This document shows, piece after piece, positions 54,441 to 64,000 of a DNA stretch of 64,000 nt. The notes beneath the pieces were generated by a model. It saw nothing but the letters and a program-made list of their open reading frames with translations, made no database searches and was not told the origin of the DNA. The stretch's first letter is position 1, and every line of letters starts with the position of its first letter. Both the position numbers and the translations under genes were made by a program. Source of the DNA: Calditrichia bacterium (GTDB taxonomy: Bacteria; Calditrichota; Calditrichia; JAJRVZ01); NCBI GenBank assembly GCA_963796965.1, contig CAWCNS010000004.1, positions 352,001 to 416,000 of the forward strand. The letters are read 5' to 3'.

Positions 54441-54523
54441 TCACATTGCTTGGCGGATCTGCCCTTGACGGAAATATAGGTGTGTTAATTAGCCTTGCTT
54501 TTTAAGGATGTCGTTGATCTCGA

Positions 54524-54555
54524 TAGTGGTGGCCGTTCGCGAACGGCCACCACTA
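54524..54555. repeat. Perfect 32 bp REP-like palindrome
   Basis: TAGTGGTGGCCGTTCG-CGAACGGCCACCACTA. Confidence 0.85.
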
Positions 54556-54631
54556 GTGTCAAAATATAATAATGTAACAACCCCAGATAGTACGAAATTC
54601 GTGGAGGGGGAAGTGAAATATGTAGAAATTA

Positions 54632-54762
54632 AACGCAAAGTGCGCAGAGAACGCAACGACAATTTAGATAAGGATCCAATATGTATAAATGGCAATAATT
54701 TTTTTATCAATTTTTTTTAGAGAACTCTGCGGGTTTTTGCGCTCTCAGCGTCTTTCTGCGTT
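54632..54762. repeat. Family B inverted arms
   Basis: AACGCAAAGTGCGCAGAGAACGCAACG ... CTCTGCGGGTTTTTGCGCTCTCAGCGTCTTTCTGCGTT. Confidence 0.75.
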
Positions 54763-54805
54763 AAAAGATGTCTTACATATAATCCAAATAAGGCTGGAGA
54801 AAAGG

Positions 54806-56485
54806 ATGAAATGCAGCACAATGTCTATAACTTATTTAGTGTTAGGTTTAATCTCTCAGCTAGTATATGCTGGTGAAGCGAGAGAACTTATAGTAACACA
54901 AAATTTTCTCAATCTACCCGTATCCCATGAGGCGCCTCAGGTCAGAATGCAAATTGATACCGATGGACAATTATTTCGGGTATTTGATATTCAGCTGGCT
55001 GAGAGAGATCCGCAGTATTGGGTTTTTGTTGATGTAAGTGGATTGAAAGGCAAATCCATCTCCCTTACTCTCAAGGATTACGAAAAGAAACATATGGGGA
55101 TTAGCGGAAATTTATCAGGATGATAGGTTTGCCGGAGAGGATAGTCTCTACCAGGAAAAACTGCGGCCACAATTTCATTTCACTACGCGTCGCGGTTGGA
55201 ATAATGATCCCAATGGACTGGTGTACCACGATGGAGAATACCATCTCTACTATCAACATAATCCTTATAGTACCAGATGGGGCAATATGCATTGGGGACA
55301 TGCGGTCAGCAAGGATATGGTTCACTGGAATGAATTAGCTGATGCCCTCTATTCACAGGAAAAATATACTATTTTTTCCGGCTCTGCTGTTGTTGACCAT
55401 ACTAATAGCAGTGGCTTTCAAACCGGGAAAGAAAAAGTTCTGATTGCAGCCTATACGGCAAACTGGGATGATAAAAAAGGTAAATCTTATCAGGAACAGC
55501 ATATTGCTTTTAGTAATGACCGGGGAAGAACCTGGACCATGTATGATAAAAATCCGGTGATCGGGGTACAGGAAGAAAAATGGAATACCCGCTATAATCG
55601 CGATCCAAAGATTTTCTGGTATACACAAGGTGGGCATTGGGTGATGGCATTATATGAGCAAATTGGCATATCCATATACACATCAGATGATCTAAAAGAG
55701 TGGACCTACCAGAGCCATACAGAGGGTTTTTACGAATGCCCGGAACTTTTTGAAATCGCTATTGATGATGACCCGAATAATACCAAATGGGTGATGTATG
55801 GCGGTTCGGGAAGTTACGTGATTGGCGATTTTGATGGTAAATATTTTAAATGGGAAACGGGTAAGCATTGGTATACGGATGGCGCCCTTTATGCGGCACA
55901 AACCTTCAATAATATTCCGGCATCCGATGGCCGGCGGATACAAATTGGCTGGGGAAGAGTTGAATCACCCAGGATGCCTTTTAATCAAATGATGCTGTTC
56001 CCAACAGAATTTTCTTTACGAAAAACAGCAAATGGTATTCGTTTGTTTTGTGAGCCAATTAAAGAAATTGAAAAGTTACATACAAAAAAACATCACTGGC
56101 AAAATCTTTCTCTTCACGAAATGAATGAGAAATTAAAAATTTTTAAGGGCGAACTATTACATATTAAATGTGAGATTGGAAACGGTAGATTCACAGAAAT
56201 TTGGAATGATCGTTCATGGGAATCGTTTGATCTATGATATTGGAAAAGGGAATTTGTTTAACGGCTTCCCCTATTCTATGTCGCCCAATTCTAAATCTCT
56301 TTATTTTGAGGTGCTTGTTGATAAAACCAGTATTGAAACTTTCCTCGATCATGGGGCCTTTTGCTCTGTAATGGCAAAAAATATCGAAACGGATGAAATG
56401 GGTGTCCAATTCTGGAGTGTGGGAAAAACACCGACAATTTTTATAAAAGATTTGAGATATATATGAATTGAAGTCAATCTGGTAA
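54806..56485 (+). CDS. GH32 levanase/beta-fructosidase (frameshifts)
   Basis: WNNDPNG (read at 55197-55217), HLYYQHNP, WGHAVS.D, FSGSAVVD, RDPK, ECP, YAAQT, VDKTSIE. Confidence 0.92.
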
Positions 56486-56498
56486 AAAGGATTTTAGT

Positions 56499-56713
56499 CC
56501 ACGAATTACACGAATTTATACGAATTACATGAATTTTTATATTAAACTATTTAAGAAAATCACCACCGTCATCCTGAATTTATTTCAGGATCTTTTTAGG
56601 GCAAGATTATCTTAAAGTAACGACGCGATTAATCGCGTCGCTACCTTTGCCCCTTTAGAAATGAGATGCCGAAATAAACCTGACCTAACGACAGGTCAGG
56701 ATTCGGCATGACG
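56499..56713. repeat. CACGAAT arm, then a GTCAT-family doublet enclosing a GTAG-type REP, with a 23 nt insert in the right copy
   Basis: Arm 56499-56535. GTCATCCTGAATTTATTTCAGGATCT at 56568-56593. GTAACGACGCGATTAATCGCGTCGCTAC at 56617-56644. AGATGCCGAAATAAA[insert]TTCGGCATGAC at 56664-56712. Confidence 0.85.
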
Positions 56714-56768
56714 TTATCTTGGGTTTCTTTTATCAGCGCTAATGTTTAAATAAAGGTAAAGAGGAAAT

Positions 56769-59006
56769 ATGAATCATCTGAAGAAATATTCTTTTTCGCC
56801 ACTACAACGCTTTTATCTTATTATCTTGTTAAGATTTATCCTATGCGCAAGCACCCAAAGATTTTGATTATATCGATTCCTTTATGGCGGCAGACTCGAC
56901 ACAATTACGTTACAATACACTCACTTATCTTTCATGGTCGAAATCATTTTTTTCTCCGCAGCGGGCGTGCCTTGATGGTGATCCAGTCAGATAAGGCGGA
57001 TGTTGGTCCAGCCATTCATTACTGGTTGTTTGATGCCGGGACGCCTAAACAGAGTGGGAAAAAAGTTCATGCCTTTAACTTCAATCCGCAGGCCAGAAAC
57101 AATTTTTCAAGTACACTTAAAGCAATAATAAAAAATGTGCCCTTTATGGCTTTCGGTGAGCAAACACCTGTACATTGGGTGGAGGAGAATGGTATTCCCA
57201 CTATTGAAGGCCTATGGTATGCGGATGGAGTTAGAATTACTGAGCGATTTACTGGTCTTCCTGAAAAAGAAATCTTTCAACGCGCTATTTTATTAGAGGG
57301 AACTGATTTAAGCGGGGAATTGGAAATTACCCTGCGATTGAATTTACCTTTTGGAAACTGCCAAGTCCAAGGTCGGCGTGCTGACAGGAAAGGCTGGTGA
57401 AGCATCCATAGCAATGGTAATTGCTCCCGGACATCCCACTTATTTTGATCCGGGTGAGGGCTATGTAGATATTGGCCCAATCCGAATGAGCCCCGATCAA
57501 AAAGTTTTAATTAAATCATATCTACTCCTTCAACTTCCTATTGAATCAGGAAATGCTGAGCAACTTGTATCCAGGGCACAAAATTGATGAAAGATCAGGG
57601 GAGTGTTGACTTAAAGAAGGCAAACCAGAAATGGTCTGCCATGACAACCATAAAAACGGATGACCATATTGTGAAGGATATCTATGATCATGCCCGTTAT
57701 GCTCTGGACAATTTTGCTACGGAGGAAGGTCGAATCAATGCCGGTTATTTACAGTATAATTCTGAATGGATCCGTGATGGTTCCAATACCGCCCTTGGGG
57801 CTTTAATGTCCGGAAATTTTGAGATGGCCCGGGCAATGGGAAATCATATGCTCACCCAGATGATCACCGATGCCGGTGTGACGATGATTGGTGGAGGTTT
57901 TGCCAATCCTGACCGGGAGCAATTAGATCAGATGGGCGAAATGCTTCATTTTTTGCGCTGTTATGTTGATTGGACCGGGGATGAATCTTTAATCCGCCAA
58001 AACCGTACCAAAATTCTCGCCATGATTGAGAGGCCCCTTAAATCCTGTGTTTCTGGATAAGACCGGTATGGTTCATAACCGCCGGGAATTCTGGGAACGG
58101 ACTTTTGACGATGCCTATGAGTTGATTTATCAGACTTATGTCATTTTGGGATTAAGAGAAGCCAGCAAGTTGGCACCGTTACTTGGTGCAGAGGATAAAG
58201 TGGAACGTTGGCAAGAAGCCTCAGACCGAATGCTTGAGGCGATGCTCTCTCATCCTGACCGGTCCCTGGTTCATGAAGGGCGTTTAATAAAACGTCGGAA
58301 TGTCACGGGAGAGATCGCTGATTATTTCTCAGGATATGCCGGTTATGTATATGATTGTCCGCAAACGGTCAGCTTTCATCACCGCTTATTACCTGACGCA
58401 ACTCAGGCATTGCCTATGGCGTTTCGTGTGGTAGATCCTCAATCAGATCTTGCGAGGAATACACTTGAAGAAGTGGAAAAGTTATGGAATGCCCGTTGGT
58501 TTAGTGGGGGATACAGCCGCTATAACAGCAGTAGCGAACCAAATCAGGTGGGCCCCTGGGCCTTCGCAACCAGTTTTATCATGCGTGGACAGCATGAAGC
58601 ACGTTTGTTTGAACGCAGCCGGCGATCCCTGGAGTATTTACATGGGTTACCGGGAGGAACAAGCGGTGCCTGGTTTGAAGAAATTCCGGCTACGCGGGGT
58701 ACATCAAAATGGGATGGGATTATTTGCTGGAGTACGGGGGAAATGACCCTATTTATCATCCGGCATTATCTGGGTCTTCGTTTTGAAGGCGAGGAACTGG
58801 TCATTCAGCCAGCTTTGTATCCGGGTAGTCCGCCGGTTTCCGCTGATCTGAGAATTCGGGGGGGGCGGCTTCGTTTGGAGATTGAGGGAAGCGGTCCTAT
58901 AAAGGAAGCGATTGTGAATGGTAAAACAGTCATGCCCGGTGGGGATGGTGCCCTGCGATTAGGTCCTGATTCCATGTCAGGAACTGTGGTTATTAAAATT
59001 AAGTAA
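56769..59006 (+). CDS. GH15-like six-hairpin glycosidase (several frameshifts)
   Basis: Y..EWIRDG, EQLDQMGE, REFWER, GGYSRYN..SEP..GPW.FAT, across ORFs 56843-59006. Confidence 0.6.
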
Positions 59007-59077
59007 GCAACAGTGTTATCATTTACTATATGGATATTAATAATCCCTTTGGGCCTATCCCAGTGAGGTAATAATAT

Positions 59078-59510
59078 AATTCCCCCTTAAAAAAGGAGGT
59101 TAGGGGGTTGTAGAAAGTTGAAAATATATTACAATTCAAAACTGAAAGAACGAGCCCAAGAGTTAAGAAGAAACTCGACCTATACAGAGCGTTTACTTTG
59201 GAAATATATAAGAGGAGGTCAGTTACTTGGGTACAAGTTTCAACGGCAAAAACCAATAGATAACTATATTGTCGATTTTTATTGTAGTAAATTACAATTA
59301 GTTATAGAAATAGATGGAATATCACATGATGGAAAACAAAAATATGACAAAAAAAGAGAGAAAAGATTAATGGATATTGGTTTAAACATTATAAGAATTG
59401 ATGGCCATTATGTTCTTAAGAATATTGCGGGGGCAGTAGAGATAATTGCTAATAAAATATGTGAATTAGAAGAACAAACAACCCCCTAGCCCCTTTTTTA
59501 AGGGGGAATT
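59078..59510 (+). mobile_element. DUF559 endonuclease cassette 2 bounded by 33-34 bp hairpin-containing terminal inverted repeats
   Basis: Left AATTCCCCCTTAAAAAAGGAGGTTAGGGGGTTGT (59078-59111) and right ACAACCCCCTAGCCCCTTTTTTAAGGGGGAATT (59478-59510) differ by one mismatch and one indel. Mobility is inferred. Confidence 0.7.
59118..59489 (+). CDS. DUF559 endonuclease domain protein
   Basis: RAQELRRN.T.TE..LW, FQRQKPI..YIVDFYC..LVIEIDG.SH...YD..R. TTG start. About 58% identical to 29121-29489 by manual alignment. Confidence 0.9.
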   Translation: MKIYYNSKLKERAQELRRNSTYTERLLWKYIRGGQLLGYKFQRQKPIDNYIVDFYCSKLQLVIEIDGISHDGKQKYDKKREKRLMDIGLNIIRIDGHYVLKNIAGAVEIIANKICELEEQTTP

Positions 59511-59593
59511 CCATTGTGCTTTTCGAAAACATTCATTGACATTAAATATGTATGAATATTTATAAATTACCAACATATTAAAAAGGAGAAGAA

Positions 59594-61985
59594 ATGAAGT
59601 TATTCAAATTAAAAAATGTTATCGGGATTTTTATTGTGGCATTGTTGGCAAGTTTTACCAGCATTGCATTAGTTGCCTGCAATAATAATGATAATAATGC
59701 TATGGAAAAAAAGGCCAAAGAATTAATTTCAAAAATGACGCTGGAAGAGAAAATCGCTTTGACTGTTGGAGATGGAAGATTTTTGCCCTCAGCAAGTCAA
59801 TCAGCAGAAAAGAATGTAGAAGTTCCAATAGCCAACCAAGATTCAAAAATGCTAATACCCCGACTTTCCATAAAGAGAACGGCACTTACGGATGGACCAT
59901 CGGGAATAAACAAACATGCTCCTCCTGAAGGAGCCACAGCGTATACGTACACCACCTCGTTTCCTACATCAACATGTTTGGCAGCTACATGGAATACCGA
60001 AATGGTTGAGAATGTGGGAAAGGCTTTTGGGAATGAACTTTTAGAATACGACTATGATCTTGTACTAATGCCTGCGCTAAATCTACATCGTAATCCCAAA
60101 TGCGGTCGTAATTTCGAGTACTACTCTGAGGACCCATTGCTTTCAGGAAAATTAGCAGCTTCAATGGTTAATGGTTTGCAGTCCAGGGGCGTGGGTGCAA
60201 CTCTAAAACATTTTGTGGGGAATAACCAGGAGAGTAATAGAAGAAAATATAATGCTGTCATCAGTCGGAGAGCATTGCGCGAAATTTACCTGCGTGGATT
60301 TGAAATAGCAGTTAGAGAAGGCCATCCAAAAGCGATAATGACGGCCTATAATAAACTCAATGGATTCTATACGCCAGAAATTCCAGAAATGTTACAAGAT
60401 GTTGTACGGAAAGAATGGGGATTTGATGGTCTTTATATGACTGATTTTGATATGAATTATGGGGATGCTGTTGCCCAGGTGAGAGCGGGAATTAATATGA
60501 TTATGAGTGGCAGTATGCGGGAGTATAAAGAAATAACAAATGCAGTGAAAAATAAAACACTTGACGAGCGTGCACTTGATGAAAATTTAGTTTACAACAT
60601 GAAACTCAAACTAAGTTCACCCAGTATGAAGGGATATACCCCCTCTCTAAAACCAGATTTGGAAGCGCATGCAAAAGTAGCCAGAGAAGCAGCTGGTGAA
60701 GGGATGGTGCTGCTTAAGAATAATAATAATACGCTTCCAATTAGCACGGGGAAAACAGTTGCTGTATTTGGTAAGATATCATATTATCTGATAGCCTATG
60801 GAACAGGTAGCGGAAGCGTCAGAAGTCTTAAATATGCAATATCTGTTAACGAAGGACTCAAATCGGCTGGTTTCAATGTTTTGGATGAGATGGAGACAAT
60901 CATACCTTGCTTTTATTGAAAAAACAAAGAAAGAAAATCTTGTACCGCCTTATTTTGATAATCCTAAAATGCGTAAGGATAATGGCATAACAGGTAACCA
61001 GGCGCCACCCCATTTCAAGGAAAGATTAGTCGCATTTAGTAAAGAACAGCCGGTATCAAAAGCAAAGATAAATAAATATGAATCGAAATCAGATTTGCTG
61101 TCATTACATTAGGCAGAAGCGGTGGCGAGAACTATGAAAATGGATATCTTCCTATAACTCAAATAGAACTTGACCTCGTGCGCGATGTCTGTGATGTTTA
61201 CCATGCTGAAGGTAAAAAAGTAATTGTTGTACTCAATGTTGGAGGTGTTTGGGAAACAGCGAGCTGGCGCGATTATCCTGATGCAATTCTTATGGCATGG
61301 CAGCCAGGACAAGAGGGTGGACATGCTGTTGCTGATATATTAACAGGTAAGTGTTAATCCTTCCGGAAAATTACCTGATTCATTTCCTAATAGAGTATGA
61401 AGATGTACCTTCTGCAAATACTTTCCCGGGACTTCCAGTTGATGAACCTGTCAATTCGTTTTACACACGATGGCATTTATGTTGGTTATCGTTATTACGA
61501 TTCATTTAATGTTCCTACAGCTTACGAGTTTGGTTATGGCTTGTCCTACACAACTTTCGAATACTCCGATCTGAAGTTGAGCAGTACTAACTTCTCCTCA
61601 AAAATGAAAGTTACGGTGACAGTGAAAAATACGGGAAAGGTAGCTGGTAAAGAAATTGTTCAATTATATCTATGCAGCTCCGACTACAAAGATTGAGAAA
61701 CCAGTACAGGAACTAAAGGGATTTGCAAAAACAAAATTACTAAAACCTGGAGAGAGCCAACAACTTTCCTTTGAATTGGATGAACGTTCTCTGGCTTCCT
61801 TTTGGAGCGGCATTAGTGCATGGGTAGCAGACAAAGGTGATTACGAAGTGCGTATCGGTGCATCATCGAAAGATATTCGCCTTAAAAAGTCTTTTAATTT
61901 GCCAAAAGAAATAGTTGTAGAAAAAGTTCACGATGTGTTATATCCTAATTTTATGATGAAAGAATTGAGCCGATTTGATAAATAG
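59594..61985 (+). CDS. GH3 beta-glucosidase, lipoprotein (frameshifts)
   Basis: LVAC lipobox, [39 protein letters not shown] nucleophile, GMVLLKN, FGYGLSYT, Fn3-like ELKGF. Confidence 0.92.
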
Positions 61986-62043
61986 TATCTCTTTGAAAAC
62001 GTCAATAATAATATCGGTTAAGTAAATCTAATAAGGAGAAGTA

Positions 62044-64000
62044 GTGAATTTATTAAAATTAAAAAAATCTTTCGGGATATTATTCGTGGCATTATTAACT
62101 GGTTTAACATGCTCAACATTGTTTGCACAGGAAAATAATGAGGTTCCTGTTTATAAGAATGAAAAGAAGCCTCTTGAAGAAAGAGCTAAAGATTTGGTTT
62201 CACGGATGACTCTGGAAGAGAAAGTTGGCATGACCGTTGGTGATGGAAGATTTTTAATCGCAAGTGATTCTGTATCCGAAAAAAACATAGAGGTTCCAAT
62301 AGCTAATCGAAATTCTAAAATGGTTATACCTCGTCTTTCAATAAAGACAACTTCACTCATTGATGGGCCTGCTGGTATAAACAAAGGTTCTCCTCCAGAA
62401 GATGCAGAGAATTACTCATACACTACTGCTTTTCCTACTGCAACATGTTTAGCTGCTTCATGGAATACCGAATTAATGGAAGATGTTGGCAAATCTTTGG
62501 GAAATGAACTTTTAGAATACGATTATGATTTAGGACTTATGCCTTCATTAAATTTGCAACGTAATCCAAAGTGTGGTCGAAATTTTGAATACTATTCAGA
62601 AGATCCCTTACTTACGGGAAAGTTAGCTGCATCAATTGTTAATGGTATACAAATTAATGGTGTAGGTGCTACTCTAAAAGTTCTTTTGGCGAACAATCAA
62701 GAATCAAATAGAAGAAAATATAATGCAGTGATTAGTCAAAGAGCCTTGCGTGAAATCTATTTAAGAGGATTTGAGATAGCTGTTAAAGAAAGCCATCCTA
62801 AAGCGATAATGACAGCATATAATAGACTAAATGGTTACTATACGCCAGAAATACCAGAAATGCTGCAAGATATTTTACGGAAAGAATGGGGCTTTAATGG
62901 ACTTTATATAACCGATTTTGATATGCAATACGGAGATGCGGTTGCTCAAGTGAGAGCCGGTATTAATATGATCATGAGCGGTAGTATGCAGGAGTTTAAT
63001 GAAATAACAGATGCATTGAAAAATAAAATTACTAGACGAAAATACACTTGATGAAAATTTAGTATTACAACATGAAACTCAAGTTAAGTTCACCCAGTAT
63101 GAAGGAATATACGCCATCTCTAAAACCGGATTTGGAAGCTCATGCGAACATTGCCAGAGAAGCAGCTGGCGAAGGCATGGTACTACTAAAGAATAAAAAT
63201 AGTATACTCCCACTTGATGAAGGAAAAACAATCGCCGTTTTTGGTAAAATATCATACCATCTTATAGCATTTGGAACAGGTAGTGGAAGTGTTAGAAGTC
63301 ATAAATATAGCAGTATCTGTTAATGATGGTCTTAAATCTGCTGGTTTCAATATACTGGACAAAATGGAGAAAAAAATATATAGATTACATTAAAAAAATC
63401 AAAGAGAGAGAATGTTGTACCACCTTATTTTAATAATCCAAAAATGCGTAAGGATAATGGTATAGTTGGAAAACCAGGCTCCTCCTCATTTCAAGAAATA
63501 GATTGGTTGCATTCAGTAAAGAAATGCCTATATCGAAAGAAGAGATTAGAAAATATGAATCTGAGATCTGATGTTGCTGTTATTACATTAGGTAGAAGCG
63601 GTGGTGAAAACTACGAAAACGGATATATCCCTATTACACAAATAGAACTTAGATCTTGTAAAAGATGTTTGTGAGGTTTACCACGCTGCTGGTAAAAAAG
63701 TAATAGTTGTACTCAATGTTGGTGGTGTTTGGGAAACAGCAAGTTGGAGAGATTATCCAGATGCAATTCTTTTAGCATGGCAGCCAGGACAAGAGGGTGG
63801 ACATGCTGTTGCTGATATATTAAGAGGTAAAGTTAATCCTTCCGGAAAATTACCTGATTCATTTCCTATTAAATATGAAGATGTACCTTCTGCAAATACT
63901 TTCCCGGGACTTCCAGTTGATGAACCTGTTAATTCATTTTACACAGACGGGATTTATGTCGGATATCGTTACTACAATTCTTTCAATATTCCAACAGCTT
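62044..64000 (+). CDS. GH3 beta-glucosidase paralog (frameshifts, runs off the window)
   Basis: [36 protein letters not shown]. Tandem paralog of 59594-61985. Confidence 0.9.

Noticed and set aside
29121..59489. DUF559 genes as Vsr mismatch-repair or restriction-modification components
   Set aside because: No DNA methyltransferase or restriction gene is adjacent to either copy.
710..62384. Numerous short minus-strand and alternate-frame ORFs overlapping long genes
   Set aside because: Shadow ORFs with no recognisable motifs, lying within well-supported + strand genes.
6826..64000. About 16 genes split by frameshifts (mass pseudogenisation or programmed frameshifting)
   Set aside because: The breaks are scattered small indels in unrelated genes that keep their catalytic motifs, with no common slippery site. 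This fits uncorrected long-read errors better. Read polishing would decide.
1..64000. Integron cassette array (co-oriented genes separated by palindromes)
   Set aside because: No integrase is present, I found no consistent RYYYAAC...GTTRRRY attC ends, and the spacers belong to several unrelated repeat families.

Overview
Bacterial, roughly 40% GC window of uncertain taxonomy. It holds 35 genes, all on the + strand. Most encode secreted glycan-degrading or sugar-modifying enzymes: GH109, GH78, GH106-like, GH32, two GH3, a GH15-like six-hairpin enzyme, sialidase/BNR proteins, a sulfatase, ceramidase-like proteins and two Tat-signal DegT aminotransferases. There is also a small cytoplasmic catabolic block. 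I recognised no transporter, regulator, RNA gene or CRISPR array. About half the genes are split by indels, most likely long-read assembly errors. The most notable signal is non-coding. 22 of 24 intergenic gaps over ~85 bp carry palindromic REP/MITE-like repeats from several families, often nested inside one another. Two ~430 bp units consist only of a DUF559 (Vsr-like) endonuclease gene bracketed by 33-34 bp terminal inverted repeats (TIRs). These TIRs are themselves hairpins, contain the gene's stop codon and co-vary within each unit. A solo end, a gene-less MITE-like derivative and a putative excision scar of these units also occur in the window. This is a candidate DUF559-driven REP/REPIN-like mobile system. 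The structure is seen directly; mobility is inference.
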